64,000 nt of DNA from Halorarum halobium. GTDB lineage: Archaea > Halobacteriota > Halobacteria > Halobacteriales > Haloferacaceae. Numbering within the stretch: position 1 is the first letter of the stretch; each line of letters begins with the position of its first letter. The stretch is from NCBI RefSeq assembly GCF_032116555.1, contig NZ_CP134949.1:1736001-1800000 (forward strand), in the 5' to 3' direction. The notes under the pieces are model-generated. The model saw nothing but the letters and a program-made list of their open reading frames with translations. It searched no databases and had not been told where the DNA came from. Both the position numbers and the translations under genes were made by a program. Positions 1-8,553 of this stretch are shown here, piece by piece.

Positions 1-113
1 CGACACCCCGTCGCACGCGATCCGACCGCGACGTCCTGGATGACGAGACGACACCTGTCAACCGGTGGCACGACGGGCGAGCGTTTTTGCGCGACGGTCC
101 CTACTGCCGAGGT

Positions 114-944
114 ATGAGCGACGATCAGGCCGCCGACCCCGTCGCGGGCGGTCGGCGCTACAGCCCCGACGCCGACCACGCGTTCCCGGACGAGAAGCTG
201 AACGAGGTGCTCGCGGCGCTCCGCGACGACCCGGAGATCCACACCTACCTCCGCGCACAGAACGTCAACGCAGTCACCCGAAAGGGGTACAACGACCACG
301 GCGCGAAACACATCGAGATCGTCCGCAACCACGCGCTCCGGCTGTACGACCTGCTGAAACGGGGTGGCGTCGAGTTCAACGGCGCCGCCGAGCAGGGGCT
401 CGCGGAGGCCGACGAGGCCGTTATCATCGCGCTCGCCGCGACCCTCCACGACATCGGCCACGTCGTCCACCGCGACGAGCACGCCTACTACTCCATCCCG
501 CTCGCGGCCGACGTGCTCGACAGGTTCCTCGCCGACTTCTACGACACCTCCGAGGCGGTGCGGATGAAGGGCGAGGTGCTCCACGCCATCCTCTGTCACC
601 ACACCGAGGAGGACCCCCTGACCCGCGAGGCCGGCGTCATCCGCGTCGCCGACGGACTCGACATGGAGCAGGGACGCTCGCGCATGCCCTACGAGAAGGG
701 CGGGCGCGGCATCAACACGCTCTCCTCGCAGGCGATCCGTCGCGTCGAACTGAAACCGGGGTCGGCCGCCGGCGAGGACGCGCCGGTGCTCGTCGACATC
801 GAGATGGTCAACGCCGCCGGCGTCTACCAGGTCGACAACCTCCTGAAGGCGAAGCTCCGGGACTCGCTCATCGACGAGTACGTCCGCATCGTCGCCATCA
901 ACAGCAAGGCGGACGACCAGCTCGTCGAGCGCATCGAACTCTAG
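114..944 (+). CDS. HD-domain metal-dependent phosphohydrolase
   Basis: Motifs NDHG..H, LHDIGH, H..H and VADGLD; acidic haloarchaeal composition; ATG at 114 chosen over the upstream TTG. Confidence 0.9.
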   Translation: MSDDQAADPVAGGRRYSPDADHAFPDEKLNEVLAALRDDPEIHTYLRAQNVNAVTRKGYNDHGAKHIEIVRNHALRLYDLLKRGGVEFNGAAEQGLAEADEAVIIALAATLHDIGHVVHRDEHAYYSIPLAADVLDRFLADFYDTSEAVRMKGEVLHAILCHHTEEDPLTREAGVIRVADGLDMEQGRSRMPYEKGGRGINTLSSQAIRRVELKPGSAAGEDAPVLVDIEMVNAAGVYQVDNLLKAKLRDSLIDEYVRIVAINSKADDQLVERIEL

Positions 945-1019
945 GCGTCCCTCGCTGCCGACTTCGAGACGCTTTTGAACGCGGAAGCGGTGTTTCGAAC
1001 CGAAAGGGGATAGCCTCAG

Positions 1020-2324
1020 GTGGCACGCTTTGGCAACTCCGTCGCGCTCCTCCGGGACAGGGAGTTCGCGGCGCTCGCGGGGACCGCGTTCGCGCGCAGT
1101 CAGGCGTACTCGACGATCCTCATCGCGCTCGCGCTGTACGCGGAAACGTTCGGCACGACGGGGTTCATCGAGGGGCTGTTCGGGACCGCGTTCGCGCTGG
1201 TCCAGCTCGCCATCGTGCTCCCGCTCGGGCGGAAGGTGGACACGGGCAACGCGAAGCGCTACCTGCTCGCCGGCTTTCTCGTCAACGTGGCGACGTTCCT
1301 CGGGTTCATGCTCGTCCAGAGCCCCGAGCACGTCATCCTCGTCCGGATGGTCCAGGGGCTCGGCGCGTCGATGCTCTGGATCACCGGCGCGACGATCATC
1401 GGCGAGATCAGCCCGGACGGGGAGCGGGGCCGCTGGCTCGGCTCGTACAACCAGTTCGCGTCGTTCTCGTCGCTCGCGGGCGACCTGCTCGGCGGCTACC
1501 TGCTGTACGCGTACGGCTTCACCGAGACGTACCTGGTCCTCACGCTCATCACGCTCGGAACGTTCGTCCTCGTCTACGCGTTCCTCCGCGACAACCCCGG
1601 CGGGCGAAAGGACCCGGAGGAGGCGGGCGGACTGGAGACGTTCCGCTCGCTCATCGACCTCGGCATGTTGCGCGCGCTCGTCACGTTCCGATTCACCTTC
1701 AGCGTCGGGAAGATGGCGGTGATCATCTTTCTCCCCATCTACGCGAGGACGGAGTTCGGCATCTCCGCGTTCGCCATCGGCTGGATCATGGCCGGCGGGA
1801 AGCTGACGAAGGCGCTCACCCAGGGGTTCGTCGGCAACCTCACCGACCGACTCGGGCGGAAACACTACTTCGTCGCCGTCGGCGCGCTGCTGTACGGGCT
1901 GGGAACGGCCGCCATCCCGCTCGCGAGCTACTTCGAGGGGTCGGTCGCGCCGGTCGAGATCTCGTATCTGGGCGACACGCAGGTGCTCGGCGGGGCCTTC
2001 TTCGCGCTGTTCGGGGCGTACTCGATCCTCGGCATCGCCGACTCCATCCGCCTACCCGCGAGCATGGCGCTGTTCGTCGAGGAGGGCGAACAGTACGACT
2101 CCGTGGCGAGCGCGATGTCGCTCCGCTCCATCTCCTGGAAGGTGGGCCAGGTGGTCGGCCCGGTCCTCGTGGGCACCGTGATGGACTTCGTCTCGACGGA
2201 GGCGGGGTTCCTGCTCGCCGCGGGGTTCATCGCGTTCGCCACCGCGTCGTTCGTCGTGCAGTCGCGGTTCGCTGCGCGTGCGGCGGCGGCCGAATCGGGA
2301 CGGCCGGCCGCTGGCGACGACTGA
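1020..2324 (+). CDS. MFS transporter
   Basis: About 12 hydrophobic segments; motif-A-like GNLTDRLGRK; ERGRWLG; GTG start. Confidence 0.9.
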   Translation: MARFGNSVALLRDREFAALAGTAFARSQAYSTILIALALYAETFGTTGFIEGLFGTAFALVQLAIVLPLGRKVDTGNAKRYLLAGFLVNVATFLGFMLVQSPEHVILVRMVQGLGASMLWITGATIIGEISPDGERGRWLGSYNQFASFSSLAGDLLGGYLLYAYGFTETYLVLTLITLGTFVLVYAFLRDNPGGRKDPEEAGGLETFRSLIDLGMLRALVTFRFTFSVGKMAVIIFLPIYARTEFGISAFAIGWIMAGGKLTKALTQGFVGNLTDRLGRKHYFVAVGALLYGLGTAAIPLASYFEGSVAPVEISYLGDTQVLGGAFFALFGAYSILGIADSIRLPASMALFVEEGEQYDSVASAMSLRSISWKVGQVVGPVLVGTVMDFVSTEAGFLLAAGFIAFATASFVVQSRFAARAAAAESGRPAAGDD

Positions 2325-2496
2325 ACCACGTCTGTGTCACCGGGCACGAGGTGAGACGGTAACGGTATTGCATCGACGGCGAGCGCCGCGACATGGTCCG
2401 CGAGCACCGCGACCCGGTCCAGTACGGGCTGCTCCGGCAGGAGTGGCGTGAGGAGTTCACCGCCCCGACATCGCGAACGCACCCGGCTTCCACCGT

Positions 2497-3081
2497 TCAG
2501 AGCCGTCGCTCGTTGTGCTCGTCGTAGGCCGACAGGTTCCGGTCCGCGAGTTCCACGGTCCGCTGGATCCGGTGGTCCCTCGTTTCGTCCGTCTTCGCGT
2601 CGGTCACCAGCGCGATGAACGCGTGCTGGTCCGTGTTGGAGAACGCCTGGAAGTTCTCCCAGGCCTTCTCGTTGGCCTGCAGCGCGCGTTTCAGTTCGGG
2701 CGGAACCTCGTGGTCGTCGCCGAGCCGATACGCGTCCGCCCACGCTCCCGACTCCCTGGCCGCCTCGACCAGTTCCATCCCGGCCGGGGTCATCTTCCCG
2801 GCCTCGATCATCCGCTCGACGCGCTCCGTGTTGTTCTTCGACCACTTGCTGTCGGGCTTGCGGGGGGTGAACCGCCGTTTGTACGTCTCGTCGTCGATCC
2901 CGTTGACGAGGCCGTCGATCCAGCCGAAACAGATCGCCTCCTCGACCGATTCGCCGTAGCCGATGCCGCTCCGGTCGGCGTCCGCCTTGTAGTACCCGAC
3001 CCACAGTTCGTCGGTCGAACCGTGGTTCGCTTCGAGCCAGTCGCGGAACTCCGTTCGGGAGCTGAAGAATACGGGGTCCAT
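2497..3081 (-). CDS. YdeI/OmpD-associated family protein
   Basis: FRDWLEANH, EAICFGWIDG, FTPRKPDSKWS, GKMTPAG, VPPELKRAL motifs. Confidence 0.85.
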   Translation of the reverse strand: MDPVFFSSRTEFRDWLEANHGSTDELWVGYYKADADRSGIGYGESVEEAICFGWIDGLVNGIDDETYKRRFTPRKPDSKWSKNNTERVERMIEAGKMTPAGMELVEAARESGAWADAYRLGDDHEVPPELKRALQANEKAWENFQAFSNTDQHAFIALVTDAKTDETRDHRIQRTVELADRNLSAYDEHNERRL

Positions 3082-3124
3082 CGTCGGAGTACCGTATCGA
3101 ACGGCCGGGTGATAATCGTGCGGG

Positions 3125-3520
3125 TCAGGGGAACGGATCACGTCGTCCGTGCGTCCCGTCGCTCCGCCGGTGGAGCATGATCGGGTTGTCGTCGGGGTCG
3201 GCGACCATCGCCATCGCGCACGTGGGGAACTCCTGTGGCTCCATCAGGACGGCCATCCCCTCGTCCCGAAGCCGTTCGACGGCCGACTCGACGTCGTCGA
3301 CAGCCATCGAGACGCCGACGCCGCCCGCACCCGGAGACAGGGGAACCGCGGGGTTCACCTCGCCCAGCGCGAGCGTGGTCGGCGGCAGGGCGAACTCCGC
3401 CCAGCCCGACTCCTCGTCCAGCGATTCGAGGGCGAGTCCGAGCGTGTCCCGGTAGAACGAGACGGACTGCTCGATATCGCTGACGGTGTGAAACACGAAG
3501 TCCGCTGCTTTGGCGTTCAT
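3125..3520 (-). CDS. VOC/glyoxalase family protein
   Basis: VSDIEQSVSFYRDTLGL and DPDDNPIML motifs. Confidence 0.85.
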   Translation of the reverse strand: MNAKAADFVFHTVSDIEQSVSFYRDTLGLALESLDEESGWAEFALPPTTLALGEVNPAVPLSPGAGGVGVSMAVDDVESAVERLRDEGMAVLMEPQEFPTCAMAMVADPDDNPIMLHRRSDGTHGRRDPFP

Positions 3521-3626
3521 GCGACGTCCCTACGACGACCACTGCCCAGTTAATTTCTCACCCCGGAGCGAATGTAAACAGGTGTCGACTCGTACGGCCC
3601 GCCGGAACGAACTCGCCCGCGCGTCG

Positions 3627-4184
3627 TCAATCCCAGCGTTTCGAGGGTGTCAGCGCCGCCTGTCGTGACCGCCGCCACCACAACCCGGCGTTGAGGAGCA
3701 CGCCGGCGAGGAGGAGCCCCCAGTTGAACCACGGGTCGTCGTACCAGACGAGGTCGATTCCGAGCGACTGCGAGTAGAGCGGCCAGAACGGCTCGACGGC
3801 CTGGGCGACGTCAGGTGCCGAGAGCATGTCCGCGAACAGGTGTGAGAGCCCGGGAATCCACACGACGAGGAACCAGAACGCGAACCCCGGCCATTCGGCG
3901 GGCTTCGAGGACTCGTCGACCGTGTCGGCGACCCGCCGGTACGCCAACGAGAGAACGGGCCCGAGAACCGCCGCCGCGACGGTGACGAACAGCACGGTGT
4001 GGAGGACGCCGTGGTGTTCGATCGTCCCGACGACGGTCTTGAGTGGCAGATCGACGTCCGGCAGCATCCCGAATAGGACGCCCACAGCGACGAACGTCCC
4101 GACCGGCGTCGACCGACCGGCGAGTAGCCACGCCGGCGCGAGCCACAGCAGCGCCATCCCGAGGTGTCCGGCAACGTCGACCAC
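3627..4184 (-). CDS. Membrane-bound metal-dependent hydrolase (YdjM/LexA-regulated-like family)
   Basis: GH, LPDVD, HHGVLHT and SHLFADML motifs; hydrophobic. Confidence 0.85.
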   Translation of the reverse strand: MVDVAGHLGMALLWLAPAWLLAGRSTPVGTFVAVGVLFGMLPDVDLPLKTVVGTIEHHGVLHTVLFVTVAAAVLGPVLSLAYRRVADTVDESSKPAEWPGFAFWFLVVWIPGLSHLFADMLSAPDVAQAVEPFWPLYSQSLGIDLVWYDDPWFNWGLLLAGVLLNAGLWWRRSRQAALTPSKRWD

Positions 4185-4260
4185 GGTGTCGGTTCCACGT
4201 CCGTCCCTAAACCGTTGCTGGCGGCTTCTCGTGTCCTGCCCGTTGCCGGTCGGCAGAACA

Positions 4261-4344
4261 TGCGTCGGCCGGGATCTGGACCGAGCCGAGCCTGGCTACT
4301 CGCTTCGCTCGGAACTGCGACTCGTCGGGTTCAGAATCCCGACG
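4261..4344. repeat. Degenerate copy of the tRNA-Gly 3' end extended into an imperfect hairpin
   Basis: 4261-4282 tgcgtcggccgggatctggacc matches 4382-4403 tgcgccggccgggatttgaacc at 19/22 positions; 4271-4290 is imperfectly complementary to 4321-4340. Confidence 0.6.
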
Positions 4345-4381
4345 AAGCGATCACGTCTCTCACAGGCGTTCGAGGCGACAC

Positions 4382-4453
4382 TGCGCCGGCCGGGATTTGA
4401 ACCCGGGTCGTTGGCTTGGAAGGCCAAAGTCATACCAGCTAGACCACCGGCGC
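4382..4453 (-). tRNA. tRNA-Gly (anticodon TCC)
   Basis: Reverse complement folds as a cloverleaf: acceptor GCGCCGG/CCGGCGC, anticodon stem TTGGC/GCCAA with loop CTTCCAA, T-loop GGTTCAAATCC; CCA not encoded. Confidence 0.97.
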
Positions 4454-4502
4454 GCCGTGGTAGTTGCTATCGGCAGCAGGAATAAGGGCCTTCCCCTTTC
4501 AG

Positions 4503-5591
4503 TCAGTCGTCGGCAGCCGCCTCCTCGTCGGGTTCCGCCGCTCGCGGTCCCGCCGCGTGGCCCTCGTGTGTGACCGCAGTCGCCAGCAACTCGGGCGAGA
4601 TGGCGGGTACGTCGGCGGCCTCGACCGGACCCAGCGCGTCGACGTCCTCCGTCGAACGCGGGAACGGCCGCAGGTCCATGTGGATGGCGATGCCGGCTTT
4701 CGCGCCCTCTCCCATCGCGACCGGGATCTGGTTGTACCCCGGCGTGAGATCGCCGACGGCGTACACCCCGTCCCGACTCGTGCGCCCGTGGTCGTCGACG
4801 TCGACCGTGCCGTCGTCGGTGCGTTCCAGGTCGAGCGCGTCGGCGAGTTCCGCGTTGTAGTTCGAGCCGTACATCGGGAAGCCGCCGCGGTACTCGCGGG
4901 TCGTCCCGTCCGCGAACTCGAACGACTCCAGCCAGCCGTCCTCGTCCTTGTTCATGCCCGTGATCTCCTCGTGGATCACGTCTACGGGGTGGTTCTCCAA
5001 CATCGTCGCCGTCGCCTCGCTCCACTCCGGGTTCGCGCCGCGGGTGAGCACGTCCACCTCGTCGGTGAAGTTGAGCATGATCATCCCGACGTGTGCCGCG
5101 GCGTCGCCGGCGCCCATCACGTACACCGGCTCGTCGACGAACATGTACGCGTCACAGTGGAGACAGTAGTGCAGTCCCCGACCGGTCGGCGGGAGGGGCG
5201 GATCGGGCCGCTCGTCGGAGAATCCGGTCGCCAGGACGAGCCGTCTGGTGGCGTACTCCTCCCCGCCGGCGACGAGTCGATAGCCGGTCGCGTCCTCCGA
5301 CGCCTCCCCACCCGATTCCGAAGACGGCGGCCGGACGTCCTCCACGAACGTCCGCTCGTAGTCGGCACCGTAGGACTCGACTTGCTCCCGGGCCGTCCGG
5401 AGGAACTCGGCGCCGCTCGTCTCCTCGGTGACGCCGATGACGTTGTGCGTGTCCTGCATCATCGCCGCGCGGCCGCCGCCGCGGTCGAAGACCGCCGTCC
5501 CCAGCCCGAGTCGCGTCGTGTACAGCGCGGCCGTCAGCCCGGCCGGTCCGCCGCCGACGACCACCACGTCGTAGTCGAACTCGTCGCTCAT
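4503..5591 (-). CDS. Thioredoxin reductase-like FAD/NAD(P)-dependent oxidoreductase
   Basis: GGGPAGLTAA, LATG, CLHCD (CxxC), GVYAVGD motifs. Confidence 0.9.
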   Translation of the reverse strand: MSDEFDYDVVVVGGGPAGLTAALYTTRLGLGTAVFDRGGGRAAMMQDTHNVIGVTEETSGAEFLRTAREQVESYGADYERTFVEDVRPPSSESGGEASEDATGYRLVAGGEEYATRRLVLATGFSDERPDPPLPPTGRGLHYCLHCDAYMFVDEPVYVMGAGDAAAHVGMIMLNFTDEVDVLTRGANPEWSEATATMLENHPVDVIHEEITGMNKDEDGWLESFEFADGTTREYRGGFPMYGSNYNAELADALDLERTDDGTVDVDDHGRTSRDGVYAVGDLTPGYNQIPVAMGEGAKAGIAIHMDLRPFPRSTEDVDALGPVEAADVPAISPELLATAVTHEGHAAGPRAAEPDEEAAADD

Positions 5592-5752
5592 GGGGAACCG
5601 TTCGGGTGCGCACAGTTAAAGTCGCCTTCCGGCTGTGCGCGGTCGACGACGGACCGACCCGCGCGGGAGCGGCAGGGATCGACTCGCTCCGGAGCGACCG
5701 GGAACGGTCCGCGCGGCCGACTCCCCGCCGGGAAGCGTTCGAGCGCGCGGAA

Positions 5753-6433
5753 TCAGTCGGCCGCGACGACCGCGTAGCAGTTTCCGCTGGAGACGAACGC
5801 CTCCACCGTCCGCACGCCGCTCGCGTCCAGATCCGCGCGGAACTCGTCGGGGTCGTAGATGTGGTAGAAGCGCGGGACGGTCCGACCGCCCGGGAGGGTC
5901 CAGTCGACCTCGGTGTCGAACCCCTCCTCCGCGTCGAACCGGTCGCTCTCGGTGCTCCACGCGCTGACGAGCGCGCGGCCGCCGGGCGCTAGCGACCGAC
6001 CGAGTTCGGAGAGGGACGCGACCCGGCGCGCGCGGGGGCGGAGGTGGTGGACGGCGGCGACGTACACCGCCACGTCGACGACGTCGTCCCGGACGGGCAG
6101 CGCCGCCGCGTCGCCGAGAACCGGGGCGAACGCGTCCCGATAGCCACGTTCTCCGGCCCGATCGACGGCCTCGCGGATGAGTTCCTCGCTCACGTCGACG
6201 CCGACCACCCGCTCGGCGCGTTCGGCGAGCGACTCGGAGTGGCGGCCGTTCCCACAGCCGACGTCGAGCGCGACCTGTCCCGATCGCCCGTCGAGGAACG
6301 ACTCCACCTCGGGCCAGGCGTACCGCCTGGTTCGCGCGAAGTGGGACGCGATCCGATCGTACGTCTCGGCAACCTCCCGACGTTCAGCCGGTCGTGCGGG
6401 CTCGTCGCCGCGTCCCGATCGATCGCCCGTCAT
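5753..6433 (-). CDS. Class I SAM-dependent methyltransferase (Trm9/ALKBH8-like)
   Basis: YDRIASHFARTR..WPEV, LDVGCGNGR, AAVHHL, RFYHIY motifs; its ATG overlaps the upstream gene's TGA (ATGA). Confidence 0.85.
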   Translation of the reverse strand: MTGDRSGRGDEPARPAERREVAETYDRIASHFARTRRYAWPEVESFLDGRSGQVALDVGCGNGRHSESLAERAERVVGVDVSEELIREAVDRAGERGYRDAFAPVLGDAAALPVRDDVVDVAVYVAAVHHLRPRARRVASLSELGRSLAPGGRALVSAWSTESDRFDAEEGFDTEVDWTLPGGRTVPRFYHIYDPDEFRADLDASGVRTVEAFVSSGNCYAVVAAD

Positions 6434-8550
6434 GTTCCGATGAACGCGAATGCGACGTACGTGGACAGCAGCATCAGGCTGGCGTGTTTGACGCCGTCCG
6501 CCATGCGACCCTCCCCGAGTTGGCCGGCGATGACGCCCGAACAGACCGCCTGAATCGCCGAGGCGTGATAGAACAGCAGGACGTACTTCTCGGTCGAAAC
6601 GTCCCCGAAGCCGCCGAACACGCCCGAGACACCCGACACGCCGGTTCCGGAAACGCCGTCGTTCGTGCCGGCGATCGCCGCGTTCTCGATCGCCGGCACG
6701 AACGACACCGAGAGCGCGCCGACGATGCCGAGGAACACGGCGAAGGAGACGTAGATGACCAGCAGGTACGTCACCATCACCTGCCGTCGCTCGCGGCGGA
6801 GCCGCTGGGTCGCCCGCGTCTCGTCGGCGGCGATCTCGAGCACCGGCGCGACCTCCCCGCTGGCCGAGATCGCGTTCGTGACGAGCGCGACCGCCCGCGA
6901 GACCATCGGCGAGTCGACCCGGTCCTCCATCCGTTCGAGCGCCGTCGCCGCGTCCGCACCCCACCGGATGTCCCGCCAGGTGCGCTCGATCTCGGGCGTC
7001 AGCTTGCCCAGATCCGAGCGGGTGAGCCGGCGGATGCTCTCCACGACCGTCAGCCCGGCCTCGTTGATGCTCGCCATCCGATCGAGAAAGTCGGGCACGG
7101 CACGCTCGATGGCCCGCGTTCGGCGCTTGTCGAGTTCGTACACGAGCCCGTAGCCCACGAGCGCGAGCAGCGTCGCCTCGATGACGGGCGTGTCGAGCGC
7201 TCGGAGCGCCGGCAGCGGTGCGAGCGGGAACGCGTCGACCCGAAACCGGATCCACCAGAGTCCGGCGGGAACCGTGACGAGCATCGTCGCGGCCGGGCGG
7301 GCGAGGATCGCCCGACGTGGCCGCCTCAGCCAGCCCAGCAGTCGGTCGAACGTCTCGTACGCCGCGAGCCGTTCCCGGCTGGCCGCCCAGCGGTCCGACG
7401 CACCGCCGACGCCGCCGTCCGCGCGCGTGTCCTCCTCGGACGCGGTGCTGATCGCGGCGGCGCTCCGCCGTCGCGGGTCGGCCGCTATCCCGGTCCGCCG
7501 TGTCTCCTGGCTCGTGTTCGTGATGGAGTCGACGTAGACGGCGAACCCGGCGGTTCCGAGCGGGACGGCGACGTAGACGACCACTCGCAACAGCGCCGTC
7601 GTGTCCTGTAGCACCATCCCGATGACGACGAGGATGGTGATGAAAAACAGCGGCCCGGCGACGAGCACCGTCACGTACGCCTCCGCGAACGCCGAGAGGA
7701 CCTCGAGATACTGCTCCTGCTGGGACTCGGCCTCCGCCTGATAGCGCTCGTACTGGCCCTTCAGGTACTCGGAGATGTTCTGCCCGCTGGCGAGCACCGA
7801 GGCGACGTTCTCGCCGAACTCGGCCATGTTCTCCGAGGGCGTCCGCCGGCCAAGTCGCTCCATCGCCGTCAGCACGTCCGTCCCGAAGTTGTTCATGTCG
7901 CGGACGCCGACGCCGAGTTCCCGCGCCGCCTCCCCGTACACGCCCTCGTTCTCGGTGAGCGTGTTCAACACGTTCGGGAACGCCATCCCGGACCGCGAGA
8001 GCGCGTAGACGAACGCGACCGTCCGGGGCAGCGTCGCCTCGATCTGTCCCGCGCGGGCGTTCGCGCGCTGGTCCAGAAGCTCCCACCGGATGGCGTACGT
8101 CGCCAGCGCCGCCCCCGCGCCGAGCGTCGCCGAGGACGCCAGCAGCAGCGGGAACAGGTCGCCGACCCCCAGTTCGCCGACGCGCGTGAGGTCGGCGAGA
8201 AACGAGAGCGCGGCCGGCAGCCGCGCCCGGAGCGTCTCGCCGTTCACCCGGAGCGCCGCCAGCAGGAACCCCATCCCGTACACCCCGAGGAGGCTGCCGG
8301 CGACGCCCGCGATCCCCGAGTACATGAGCGTCTTCGAGGCGTACACGCGGTGGGTCACGCCGAGGTGTGCGGCGCGGATCCGCGTCCGCTGGTTCCGCTT
8401 CCGTGGGTTCTCCTGGGCAACGTAGTCGCCGAAGAACACGAGCGCCGTCCGCGTCACCGCGAGGTTGACCCGACGGCTGAACGGGGCCGCCGCGACCGGC
8501 GCGAGCAACGCCACGAGCAGGAGGATCGAGACGAGTGCGACCCCGAGCAT
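6430..8550 (-). CDS. pilC: Type IV pilus / T2SS F-family membrane platform protein (PilC/TadC-like)
   Basis: Two T2SSF repeats (IEATLPRTVAFVYALSRSG; IERAVPDFLDRMASINEAG); directly downstream of a secretion ATPase. Confidence 0.88.
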   Translation of the reverse strand: MLGVALVSILLLVALLAPVAAAPFSRRVNLAVTRTALVFFGDYVAQENPRKRNQRTRIRAAHLGVTHRVYASKTLMYSGIAGVAGSLLGVYGMGFLLAALRVNGETLRARLPAALSFLADLTRVGELGVGDLFPLLLASSATLGAGAALATYAIRWELLDQRANARAGQIEATLPRTVAFVYALSRSGMAFPNVLNTLTENEGVYGEAARELGVGVRDMNNFGTDVLTAMERLGRRTPSENMAEFGENVASVLASGQNISEYLKGQYERYQAEAESQQEQYLEVLSAFAEAYVTVLVAGPLFFITILVVIGMVLQDTTALLRVVVYVAVPLGTAGFAVYVDSITNTSQETRRTGIAADPRRRSAAAISTASEEDTRADGGVGGASDRWAASRERLAAYETFDRLLGWLRRPRRAILARPAATMLVTVPAGLWWIRFRVDAFPLAPLPALRALDTPVIEATLLALVGYGLVYELDKRRTRAIERAVPDFLDRMASINEAGLTVVESIRRLTRSDLGKLTPEIERTWRDIRWGADAATALERMEDRVDSPMVSRAVALVTNAISASGEVAPVLEIAADETRATQRLRRERRQVMVTYLLVIYVSFAVFLGIVGALSVSFVPAIENAAIAGTNDGVSGTGVSGVSGVFGGFGDVSTEKYVLLFYHASAIQAVCSGVIAGQLGEGRMADGVKHASLMLLSTYVAFAFIGT

Positions 8551-8553
8551 CGG

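Noticed and set aside
65..2362. 765-aa Arg/Pro-rich ORF and the many similar long ORFs in the track (e.g. 23471-25336, 38010-40340, 59815-61959)
   Set aside because: Shadow or antisense frames of real high-GC genes; low-complexity Arg/Gly/Pro or mirror-codon composition and no family motifs
4261..4453. Intact provirus or integrative element at tRNA-Gly
   Set aside because: The repeat copies are only 121 bp apart and degenerate; no integrase or viral genes nearby
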